Positions 56,501-64,000 of a DNA stretch of 64,000 bases are shown here, one piece after another. The stretch's first letter is position 1; each line of letters starts with the position of its first letter. Location of the stretch: positions 32,001 through 96,000 of the IMG/VR virus record IMGVR_UViG_3300025912_000012. One strand, written 5' to 3'. The translations under genes were made by a program, and so were the position numbers. Under the pieces are notes generated by a model, which saw only the letters and a program-made list of their open reading frames with translations, was not told the origin of the DNA and searched no databases. Source of the stretch: a virus (taxonomy: Duplodnaviria; Caudoviricetes).

Positions 56501-57672
56501 CCGATATTCGCCCCGATGTCCCCGAACTGGCGGAGGTATTCGGGACCTCCTCCGAGAGCATCGGAAAGCCTCTTCCCTGTTCCGCCTTTAGTGAAGTTGA
56601 TCGCCATCTGGGCAAATCCCCGGTCCAGCATGCTCAGGGTGTTCGTGCCCATGTCGATGAAACCCTGACCGCCTCCGCTCTGGAGGATTCCCAGGAGACT
56701 CCCTGCGATATCATACCCGGCACCCTGCGCCCTGTCCTGAGCTGTCTGCAGTGCCGTCCCGCCCCCGAGGAATTTCCCTGTGGTCATATTGAAGGCATCC
56801 CCGAGGGCTTCACTCGTGGTGAAAATCGCCTTGTATCTCGGGACCATTGCCTCAATCGACTGCACTCCGACAAGGGCAGCCGCACCCGCTGCGGTCAATG
56901 CAGGGACAACAGTGGCTGCAACCTCGGCGGTCATCATCCCCCAGAAGCGGACAGCATTCCAGCCTCCCCCTCGCCAGGGGACAAAACTCCCGCCGCCGCC
57001 CCCGGAAGGACTGCCGGTCCCGAAAATCGTGCGAGGATTAATGCCGCCGTCACCGCCGCCGCCTGCTGCCATGCGGGCAGCCATGATGGCTGCGGCACCT
57101 CCGCCACCGCCACCCCCGCCCCCGCCTGCTGCGCTGGCAATAGCGGCATCGATGATGCCCGCGCCATCCCTGTTCTTGCCTCGTGTCGCTGCAGCAAGAT
57201 AATCAGAGGTTCCCTTATGGATAGCCGCAATACTGGTAGCAGCATCGTCAGCTTCTTTCCTGACCGCTTCCAGCTTTTTACGGTAATCATCAAGGGCTCT
57301 TGAGCCTGATGCTATCGAGGTAGTAGTATCGTCATGCGTCCGACCCAGCTCCCTGACCATGATCGCCTGATCGCGGGAGGCATTCTGAAGGTTGGCATAC
57401 ATGTGCACTGCGTCTTTGACAGCCTCAGTATGCTCTATGACTGAAGCGGAACCCTCCCTGTTAGCCATGACCATGGAACTCATGTCGTTCCTGAGATCAA
57501 TGTTGATCTTCATCATTTCTCTCTGGGAGGCAATCATGTCATCGATGGCGGTCCTGTTTTCCTTCGCCATCTTGATAGCCGCAATGACAACCTCGTCAGC
57601 GGCTCTCGTATATCCGCTGCTGTCAGCGTCAAAACGCTGAGTTACATCAGGTAGACCGCCAGCCTTAGGCAT
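53545..57672 (-). CDS. tape measure protein
   Basis: 1375 aa Ala/Gly-rich; GGMVPG..DIIPAMLEPGEAIIP. Confidence 0.88.
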   Translation of the reverse strand: MPKAGGLPDVTQRFDADSSGYTRAADEVVIAAIKMAKENRTAIDDMIASQREMMKINIDLRNDMSSMVMANREGSASVIEHTEAVKDAVHMYANLQNASRDQAIMVRELGRTHDDTTTSIASGSRALDDYRKKLEAVRKEADDAATSIAAIHKGTSDYLAAATRGKNRDGAGIIDAAIASAAGGGGGGGGGGAAAIMAARMAAGGGGDGGINPRTIFGTGSPSGGGGGSFVPWRGGGWNAVRFWGMMTAEVAATVVPALTAAGAAALVGVQSIEAMVPRYKAIFTTSEALGDAFNMTTGKFLGGGTALQTAQDRAQGAGYDIAGSLLGILQSGGGQGFIDMGTNTLSMLDRGFAQMAINFTKGGTGKRLSDALGGGPEYLRQFGDIGANIGNTLLNVAPNLPGVGQDLLSTVQGGTGLLARITRDTPGPVIGALLSYEAASRWGPALLGGEGLIGRMLGLKGVGGLGGLISKGGIALGGMGASGGMLEGLGLGISGAGEALAGIAGWPAGLLGGTAYLMSAGLTAKNLPQQRLGWLQDSINQAGFSDAWQPLAHAVTTASGLAATSGRYVGKAGALGLPVNVSPDPRAAQRLATLPTYDANQYRAGMQGFATQMGNLANSAPELMAALKKAGLKSVSLADAFQIGQNAMLDMSHAFGKNGKLTAAAQEMVTSYARVIAPMTQSSGAFGAAVAGQTIMSQGAMQNLAKVNQAMDSYQQIIAGGPTGAGLAAAAGAAPAAAIAKALTSYTTPGGAAAWQAFASTSSSKPGFITQMQGFNDQMRTYLTLGTAGLPQAQEMSAFQLKSILPQARQSKSALAMLMQQGAQMGVTGYYDTSKSLAQNFKSAEQSITRMAGSSKTFNKNMTDTVVASANLPEVAKQFADYTGAQVGAHRLAKVYQDAMAIQKTATAGASGKFGGGTFGGPMINQSAVQDMVSQLRAAGVQGGAAMKASLDAVLRQAGVSKAVRLKIEAQVTGDGKVKTLQQLVNSLHGKNVNVAAYANSHPVQTLQAAIAGLTGKTVTVTTNVVTNYINTVHTQLGVPKSVAAGVSPGYLLSHGHYGGLVTTKGIGMQTGGMVPGTGLGDIIPAMLEPGEAIIPRYLVPLIAPILAAHKVPGFGGVPQSSASHFAAGGVVPHAKSSGGIPASDLAKIAKEFAFTLSGAIAKEIKNSASAKEIATSLVKKISQEVGLARNVASAAMKGQGFGDSGIFGNMNVTPGSGGGTVYEQMQSYLGSVQSFTKDIATLRKGKLNKNIISQLIAAGPVQGDALAQSIMNDYGGIKGVNSLWSQLGGATKGLGAQAAMAQYGGMLAPNLRSGTFVGQGGTSININVNAGQSGTLNLTEAQIKALVAKIQAALLKQAKRNNKTGIQLSGKGA

Positions 57673-57686
57673 GATTCACCTCCTTT

Positions 57687-58169
57687 TTACGGGTCGTACG
57701 GCTCGAATGCTTTGATACCGTGATCACGCAGTGATCCGTCGTCAACGGACTCATCTACGGTCGGTTCGAGGAATGGATGCTCAGGGGATTCGAGGAACGT
57801 GTGATACCAGGCTCCCCCGGAGTCACGCCACTGGAGGAATTTCTTTCCCACCGGCTCGATGGTGCACCCGTATTCAAGAATCCGGGAGTAGTCAACCCGG
57901 TTTCCCACCCACGCGGATGCTTTCCCTCCGCTCCCGTACGAGGGCTTGTAGAACATCCCCCGGGCGAGCTTCCCGGTACCACGCGCAGGAGGCTCCCCCG
58001 GGCGAGTACGGTGCCATGCGCCTGATCCGTGGCTTGATCTGGTCAGGGTGTCTTTCGCGGTACGTTCGGAGATGAATTTCGCCATTGCGGTAGCGGCGGC
58101 AGCGGCACCCCCGTGCGTTCCGGCAGCAATCGCCTTCCAGACATCTATGTTTTCCTCGAAAGAAGCCAC
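57687..58169 (-). CDS. HK97 gp10-like tail completion protein
   Basis: PGEPPARGTGKL, YSRILEYG, HPFLEP. Confidence 0.8.
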   Translation of the reverse strand: MASFEENIDVWKAIAAGTHGGAAAAATAMAKFISERTAKDTLTRSSHGSGAWHRTRPGEPPARGTGKLARGMFYKPSYGSGGKASAWVGNRVDYSRILEYGCTIEPVGKKFLQWRDSGGAWYHTFLESPEHPFLEPTVDESVDDGSLRDHGIKAFEPYDP

Positions 58170-58171
58170 AC

Positions 58172-59305
58172 TTACCGATTAGCCATCCTCTGAGCCAGCT
58201 CCGCGACAGCTGGTCCCATGTATTTCTCCGCGACATTATCAATACTATATGTTTCCGCGAATTCCCGCAGCTGCTTGCGGTCAATGTCACGGTTATCGTA
58301 CGACTCGGTGAAGGCGTCAACCATTTGCTGAATATCAGGGCGGATCCACCAGCCTTTATGGACGCCATTCCAGAACGGGGTCCCGTCTATCTGGATCCCG
58401 TACGGGTTGAGTTCTTCCATGGAGGATGCCTTCGTGGTGATCACCGGGGTTCCGCAGGCTTGCGCCTCCATGATAGGGAGACCGAACCCTTCCGCGTACG
58501 TGCATGCCGCGAGCACGTCGATCGCGTGATACCAGTCTGCGAGTTCTTTCTGTGACACCATTCCCGCGTGATAGTGATACTGGTCAGTAACCCGTATCCT
58601 GTCGGTGATCCCGAGGGATTCCGCGAGGAATTCCAGATCCTGACCTCCCTCGCTGTGAACCCCTGCGTGAACCGCGAGGATGGCATCCGGGTGATCAGTG
58701 AGGAACTTCGCGAAAGCCAGGAACATCTCCGGGGCTGCCTTACGTACCGCATCGTTGTTCGCGGCATTGACCCCTATAACGAACTCATCCTGCCGCAGAC
58801 CGAACTTCTCCCGGATGGCTACCTTATCACCTCCCGGGGCATAAAGGTCCGTGTCGATCCCGTGAGGGACATACAGGGGGTTAAGCCCGGCGTCGGTGAA
58901 CCTGTCCTTCCCGAAAAGGCTCATCGCGATCACCTCATCCCCGGTGGCATCCACGATGCTCTTGTCCGCAGCGGACATGGGACGGCAATCACACGGGAGC
59001 CAGTGAGCTACCGGGAGTTCCCGCAGGAGATTCGGGTCCATCACCCAGATATCCCCGAGAGTGATTATGATATCGGGGTTGAGGGCTTTCGCGTGCTCAT
59101 AGAGACTGGCAGAGCAGTACGCGTGCCCGAATCCGGGGAGCACGGGGATTCCGTGCCATTCTGTCGGGCTACCGCTCAGTCCCCAGTAGGAGCTGATCGC
59201 GACCTCGTGACCCATTTCGATCAGTTTCCGTGTCCAGATTGCGGTCTGGTTCCCGTAACCCGAGGGAGCCCAGGGTGCGGTGGAATGCCAGAGAATAGAA
59301 CTCAC
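58172..59305 (-). CDS. GT-B glycosyltransferase (GT4-like)
   Basis: SGYG, VPHGIDT, RK, EGFGLPIMEAQACGTPVI. Confidence 0.92.
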   Translation of the reverse strand: MSSILWHSTAPWAPSGYGNQTAIWTRKLIEMGHEVAISSYWGLSGSPTEWHGIPVLPGFGHAYCSASLYEHAKALNPDIIITLGDIWVMDPNLLRELPVAHWLPCDCRPMSAADKSIVDATGDEVIAMSLFGKDRFTDAGLNPLYVPHGIDTDLYAPGGDKVAIREKFGLRQDEFVIGVNAANNDAVRKAAPEMFLAFAKFLTDHPDAILAVHAGVHSEGGQDLEFLAESLGITDRIRVTDQYHYHAGMVSQKELADWYHAIDVLAACTYAEGFGLPIMEAQACGTPVITTKASSMEELNPYGIQIDGTPFWNGVHKGWWIRPDIQQMVDAFTESYDNRDIDRKQLREFAETYSIDNVAEKYMGPAVAELAQRMANR

Positions 59306-59325
59306 GTGCGGCTTCTTCCTTTTAG

Positions 59326-59574
59326 TTATTCGTCTTTCGGGGCAAGCTGAACTGCCGCCCTGCCTTTCGCTTCCATGGTGAGCGGAAGCCAGTGTGCCTG
59401 CTCCAGGGTCAGTTCATCGACCTGCTGAGGGGTCCAGCGGAAATTATCCGCGAACCAGTGATAAGTCCACATAACGTCAGGAAAACCTTCCGGGCTTTCC
59501 GGGGCGAACTTCTGATCATGCCCGTTCGCGGAGAATATGAAAATCTGCGTTAGTCGCTGGACGGCTTTTTTGGG
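59326..59574 (-). CDS. tail assembly chaperone, -1 frameshift extension (gpT-like)
   Basis: slippery C CCA AAA AAG at 59565-59574; -1 frame encodes ...FRWTPQQVDELT... Confidence 0.8.
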   Translation of the reverse strand, partial: PKKAVQRLTQIFIFSANGHDQKFAPESPEGFPDVMWTYHWFADNFRWTPQQVDELTLEQAHWLPLTMEAKGRAAVQLAPKDE

Positions 59575-59915
59575 TCTGCCGCACCTACGGCACCGCGACC
59601 GGCGATCTTATCCATGAGAGGCTGCACAGCTTCTTCCAGGGCTGCGTAATCGTCCAGGTCCATCTGATCCCCGATGATCACGTCAGCAGCCGCGAAATGA
59701 TTCTGGGCTGGCACCGGGACCGGATAGGACCAGCTGGTGATGATCCTCCCGAGCAGGGCGTTCCGCATGTCATTCTGCATCGCGAGGAAACTAGTCGAGT
59801 TTCCTTCCTCGCGGATGTCAACTTTCGCTACTTCCTGTACTGCGAACCGGTCGATAACTTTCAGCTGGTCCCTGTATTCTACCCACGCTCCGCTAGGAAG
59901 CTCGATACGAGGCAT
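59550..59915 (-). CDS. tail assembly chaperone (gpG-like)
   Basis: follows the major tail gene, ends DPKKPSSD. Confidence 0.82.
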   Translation of the reverse strand: MPRIELPSGAWVEYRDQLKVIDRFAVQEVAKVDIREEGNSTSFLAMQNDMRNALLGRIITSWSYPVPVPAQNHFAAADVIIGDQMDLDDYAALEEAVQPLMDKIAGRGAVGAADPKKPSSD

Positions 59916-59941
59916 TCGCGTCTCCTTGATTGGTTGTTACA

Positions 59942-59984
59942 AGAAAAAGGGCAGCAGCAAGAAAGAAATCCTGCTGCTGCCCTT
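59942..59984 (-). terminator. terminator after major tail gene
   Basis: AAGGGCAGCAGCA/TGCTGCTGCCCTT plus U-tract. Confidence 0.7.
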
Positions 59985-59998
59985 CTGTGAAAAAACTG

Positions 59999-61351
59999 CT
60001 AGTACGTGGGAGTGCTGTTAATCAGGGTGACCGTCCCCGGTCCGAGTCCTCCCGAGCCCCCGATGTCCGTCGAGTTGGCGACACCTTCGAAACTGTTTCC
60101 GTATCCGATGAGCAGCTTATTCCGCATGATCTTCGACTTAACGTTTGCCACCTGGTTCGCGTTGAACGTGAGGGTGAAAGGCGTTCCCGCGTTGGGGATG
60201 CCCGCGTTGGTCACCGAGATGCTCATCGGAGCCTGCGCGTTGAGCAGCATCAGGTCCAGCGGAGCCTCAGAGTTCGTGGGATCCCACTGGATACTCCCGT
60301 CCATTGTCAGCGGTCCGCGACCGATAATGAACGGCTGCTGCGTTCCCGCGACAATCCAGTACACCTGGGTTGCACGCTTGAAGCTGACATCAAACTCCCC
60401 GATACCTGAGTAAGCTCCCGTGCTGCTTACAGTGTTACCCGCGACGACAACCGTGGAGTTCCAGTTGGGGATAGGGCGGGAGTTTGTCGTGGTATTAGTT
60501 ACCGCGTTAGTCGCGACAGTGGAAATCCACGAATCACCCATCATCTTGATGTTCAGCAGCTGCTCCGCGTTCCCGGAGAAGTCCAGCGACTTAAGTACCC
60601 CGGAGGGGTACTGCCGAGCCCCGAAAGTGTTCGTCGGGGCAGTCCCGTAAGTAGCGCTCGTGAATACGTTGACTATGTTGGTTACATCCGTGAATGTGTG
60701 AGTCGGAGGCTGTGCGCCGTACGCTCCCCCGTATCCCAGGGGAGTGTTCAGTGCCGCGAAACGGTGGGTGAATGTGGTACCGGCACAGAAACTGAACACG
60801 GTGTTTCCTGCCGCAAGACCCGAGTTGTGAGCGAAACGCAGCGGGGTGTTCGCGAACCCGATAGTGGATGCGGCAGTGTTGCTGATGATCACCACTTCGT
60901 TAAGATACGAAGCGGGTGTGTTAGTGGTGAGCGCAGTTCCCAGCTGGATAGCAGCACCCACGGTGAACTGCGAGGGAACAGCGCTCACAGTGGCGACTGT
61001 CGCCCCTACCGCCAGCGAGCTGGAAACCGTCGTCGGGTTGGACACCGAGTTGCAGGTGGTGGAAAGGTCCCCGAAAACGTTGTCAAAGAAATATCCGTGG
61101 GAATCCAGGAAGTTAGGTCCCCCGAAAGAGAACGTACCCTGGTTAACCCCGATAGTCTTGTAAAACAAGTCCGTCATGCTTCCCCTGATGGCTTTATCAT
61201 CAAGGAAATGCGGGGTGTCTTCTGGCTCGAATGAATTCTGATCCAGCGGGTGCGTGATAACCGGGTTTACCGGGGTGCCCGCTGTCAGTTCACGGGCAAT
61301 CCCCAGCCAGGACAGGACGCCAGGGTACACGTTCGGTGTGCCAAGAGCCAC
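59999..61351 (-). CDS. major tail (tube) protein
   Basis: 450 aa Thr/Gly-rich, WLGIARE..AGTPV, upstream of the chaperone. Confidence 0.8.
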   Translation of the reverse strand: MALGTPNVYPGVLSWLGIARELTAGTPVNPVITHPLDQNSFEPEDTPHFLDDKAIRGSMTDLFYKTIGVNQGTFSFGGPNFLDSHGYFFDNVFGDLSTTCNSVSNPTTVSSSLAVGATVATVSAVPSQFTVGAAIQLGTALTTNTPASYLNEVVIISNTAASTIGFANTPLRFAHNSGLAAGNTVFSFCAGTTFTHRFAALNTPLGYGGAYGAQPPTHTFTDVTNIVNVFTSATYGTAPTNTFGARQYPSGVLKSLDFSGNAEQLLNIKMMGDSWISTVATNAVTNTTTNSRPIPNWNSTVVVAGNTVSSTGAYSGIGEFDVSFKRATQVYWIVAGTQQPFIIGRGPLTMDGSIQWDPTNSEAPLDLMLLNAQAPMSISVTNAGIPNAGTPFTLTFNANQVANVKSKIMRNKLLIGYGNSFEGVANSTDIGGSGGLGPGTVTLINSTPTY

Positions 61352-61379
61352 ACAACTCCTTCTGCCCTGTTAGTGGGCT

Positions 61380-61895
61380 CTATGCGTTAAACAGTTCCCA
61401 GATAGAAACATTAACCAGAGCGTCATATCTTTTACGCCGCTGGTCAGCGAGAGATTCGATACCGGTCCGGTATGTCATCTGCTCTCCGGTATTGTAGATC
61501 GTGGAAGTCAGGTTCGTGTTCGGGTCAGTGATGTACGCGGGATTCGGGAGGGAAAACCTCAGCGCGAACATTACCGCGTCCACCATTCCCGGGAAAATCG
61601 GGTCCTGCTGCGTACCCGAGCCCCCGGAGGTCCATGTCATGTAAATATCAGTGCGGTGCAGGATTCCCTTCGTGCCCGAGGAGGTTCCCACCCCTGTATT
61701 CCGGGGGATCGTCCCCCCCAGCTCACTTGAACGATTCTCGTCCCCGTCCGAAGGCCATATGTAAATGGCAGGGATTGATGTCTGGATCCTCGGGTCAGGA
61801 GGGGTAATGAAAGCCTGCGCGTCAGGGATCCCGTACGGCATAGGGAGACCGTCAAGGAGGGACACAAGGAAAGACTGAACCGCGACAATTGACAT
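61380..61895 (-). CDS. probable tail terminator
   Basis: position; PAIYIWP. Confidence 0.55.
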   Translation of the reverse strand: MSIVAVQSFLVSLLDGLPMPYGIPDAQAFITPPDPRIQTSIPAIYIWPSDGDENRSSELGGTIPRNTGVGTSSGTKGILHRTDIYMTWTSGGSGTQQDPIFPGMVDAVMFALRFSLPNPAYITDPNTNLTSTIYNTGEQMTYRTGIESLADQRRKRYDALVNVSIWELFNA

Positions 61896-62105
61896 GGTTC
61901 ACCTGTATCCCTTTATATTAGCACGAATAAGAAAACTAGCTAGCGCGACGCGCTTTCTGCGCACGCTGCGGAGCCTGCGCCCTGCCATTCCCGTTCGCAC
62001 CCTGGGTAGAGGAGAAATACACCTGCGAGACAACACCCTGCCTGCGTGCCCGGGTATGAGCGCGCCTGCGGCAGCGTACCGCCTGTGATCTGCGTGTCTG
62101 CATCA

Positions 62106-63095
62106 TTAGACAGTCCTCCGGTATGGTGAGCAGAGAAGCTCAGCCTCAGTATTCAATCCCACGATATCCCCGCCAGTTCCCTGTGAATGTCCCCCGATGT
62201 CATGAATCGTCGTTGAGGTGGCACCACGGGTAAGAGCTTCAGCTGTCGCGAACAGGATGCAGGCTTCCTCGATCGCGGCAGGGAGGGTGCTGACGATAAT
62301 CCCCGCCTGATGCGGATATGCGAGCGGTTCGGCAAGAGTCAGGATGCCCGGACCTGTACTTGCGGAGGCGGCGGTTACCCGGACGGCTTCCTGCTGTCCC
62401 GCGTCTTTGATGATCCCGGTAGCTCCGGTGTATGTCCCGAAATAGTTGGTGATCGCCCATCCGGTGCAGTCATCTACGGGGAGCGTCGTGGAACCTGCGT
62501 CTATGAATTCATCGATCTCTGCGTGAGGCCACCCGTTAATATAGGTGGTTTTGACAGCCCATCCGTTACGCCCGTACTGCCAGTTAATATAGCCAGGAGC
62601 TACCAGGATTGCCTGAGAACCCTGAGCGGTGCCCCCGGGTGATGTACTCCCGTACAGTCCGATGGGAGGCTGCTCAGGCTCGTAGAGTCCTGTGGGGAGG
62701 GAGGTCCACTGTCGAGGCCACAAGTTGTTGGGGCAGGTTTCGACGTTCAGCACTTCCAGTACAGGCCACCGGGAGAGGATGATGCGGGAGTTGAACCCGG
62801 AAAGCCCCCAGTAGGGACTTGCGGACTGTCCTCCAGCTCCGGGACCGGAGGTGATGCGGAAGTCAGGTCCGTGCAGCAGCTCGACATCCATGGTGGCACG
62901 GAGAACCTGGTTGCAGTAATTGTCCACTTTCGAGGTTGCCCTCGCGCACATATTCCAGATTTCAGCCTGCGTCTGGGCAGGGGTGGCGTCATCCCAGGGA
63001 GTTATCGAGGTCCAGTCAATCCCTGTGGGTGCCTGCTGGAGTGTCACAGCGGAAATATAAGGAGCAAGCCCCCTGGAGATGGGTGATGCCATCAA
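62106..63095 (-). CDS. head-to-tail adaptor
   Basis: RATSKVDNYCNQ, LPAAIEEAC, LLCSPYRR. Confidence 0.7.
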   Translation of the reverse strand: MMASPISRGLAPYISAVTLQQAPTGIDWTSITPWDDATPAQTQAEIWNMCARATSKVDNYCNQVLRATMDVELLHGPDFRITSGPGAGGQSASPYWGLSGFNSRIILSRWPVLEVLNVETCPNNLWPRQWTSLPTGLYEPEQPPIGLYGSTSPGGTAQGSQAILVAPGYINWQYGRNGWAVKTTYINGWPHAEIDEFIDAGSTTLPVDDCTGWAITNYFGTYTGATGIIKDAGQQEAVRVTAASASTGPGILTLAEPLAYPHQAGIIVSTLPAAIEEACILFATAEALTRGATSTTIHDIGGHSQGTGGDIVGLNTEAELLCSPYRRTV

Positions 63096-63178
63096 AACAC
63101 CCTCCCCTGATAGTCCTGTTGTTTAAGGATAGCGTTTAGCTGCTGTCTTCGGAAGTGTTCTCGTCTTCTTGTTCTTCT

Positions 63179-63469
63179 TTAAGCCACTTCTCGATCAGTC
63201 TCTCCCGGGTTTTCCCTGTGATCAGGTGACCCATCACGGAGTCCACTATCTGCGCCATGGTTCTCCTCTGGCAGTTCGATCCGTACGTCGCTTTTCTTGC
63301 CTAGTCTCTCGCACTTGTAGCAGAGATAATAATCCCCCTGCCATCTCGCGTGCTTCAGGCAGATATCGCCGCGACATGACTCGCATTGCGCGATAGGAGC
63401 AGCACTCCGGGCTGAGCGTCCGCGACGGGGACCGCCGCATTTGATGCACAACCCGGGTGCTCTGCTCAA
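63179..63469 (-). CDS. zinc-finger hypothetical protein
   Basis: CIKC, CESC, CLKH, CYKC. Confidence 0.6.
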   Translation of the reverse strand: MSRAPGLCIKCGGPRRGRSARSAAPIAQCESCRGDICLKHARWQGDYYLCYKCERLGKKSDVRIELPEENHGADSGLRDGSPDHRENPGETDREVA

Positions 63470-63477
63470 TAGGACTC

Positions 63478-63969
63478 CTATGTAGTAAGCCTTGCGATAA
63501 GCTCGTCTTTCTTGCCTTTATCGGAAAGACCCGCCTCGCGGCATCTAGCTTTCAGGGTCGCGATATGCAACCTGTTCAGGGGAATATCATCCACGGTCGC
63601 GGTGATTTCCTTCTGCTCGTTCATGGAGATTCCGCATTCACCGCAGAACTTGACGCCAGCGGTATTGTCATGCCCAGCAGGGCAGATGACACTCCCGTGA
63701 ATCACCGCATCGTTCAGTCCGGACTTCTGCAGGAAGAACAGGACATCGGGGCGGGTGGTAACGTCAATCCCTGCGGATTTCAGTGCGATCAGGGATTCAA
63801 GGGCTTTCAGCTGCTGTTCTCCGCGTTCCTTGATGACGTGATTGACCTGGATTTCATCAGGAGTCAGCGGGACAGTATCAGGGGTACTCGACCACATCGG
63901 GTCCGCGTCGGGGACGCGTTCCTGTCTTGAGGGAATACCGGCTTCCTTGTTCCCGGGGATTGTCCGCAA
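63478..63969 (-). CDS. hypothetical protein with zinc ribbon and SAP-like motif, may extend past the window edge
   Basis: CPAGH..FCGECG; LKARCREAGLSDKGKKDELIARL. Confidence 0.7.
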   Translation of the reverse strand: MRTIPGNKEAGIPSRQERVPDADPMWSSTPDTVPLTPDEIQVNHVIKERGEQQLKALESLIALKSAGIDVTTRPDVLFFLQKSGLNDAVIHGSVICPAGHDNTAGVKFCGECGISMNEQKEITATVDDIPLNRLHIATLKARCREAGLSDKGKKDELIARLTT

Positions 63970-64000
63970 GACTTTCGGCTTGCGATCCCCTTTCAGGTGC

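Overview
A 64-kb segment of a large, GC-rich, long-tailed actinobacterial phage or prophage; the WhiB gene and the actinobacterial-type SSB and DnaN point to an actinobacterial host. No integrase, terminase or capsid gene lies in the window. Layout: (1) 1-23.6 kb, mostly minus strand, replication, recombination and nucleotide genes (sliding clamp, vWA protein, SSB, DEDD exonuclease, primase-helicase, RusA, class II ribonucleotide reductase, exonuclease plus Rad52-like annealing protein, DNA methylase, ParB-like proteins, WhiB). (2) 23.7-30.2 kb, plus strand, RtcB and a cluster of secreted and membrane proteins. (3) 30.2-42.4 kb, plus strand, an array of 42 hand-folded tRNA genes covering all 20 amino acids. 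It is interleaved with about 18 Cys-rich microproteins, two endonucleases, a Tad2-like gene, NlpC/P60, Pth2 and several structured spacers. (4) 44.6-64 kb, minus strand, lysis, tail and head-tail genes with embedded glycosyltransferases. Main candidates for a new system: a leaderless leader-peptide attenuator in front of the tRNA array, and an 82-nt tmRNA made only of the tRNA-like domain. With RtcB and Pth2 they suggest an inducible phage translation-rescue system. All calls come from reading and hand-folding the sequence; no searches were run.
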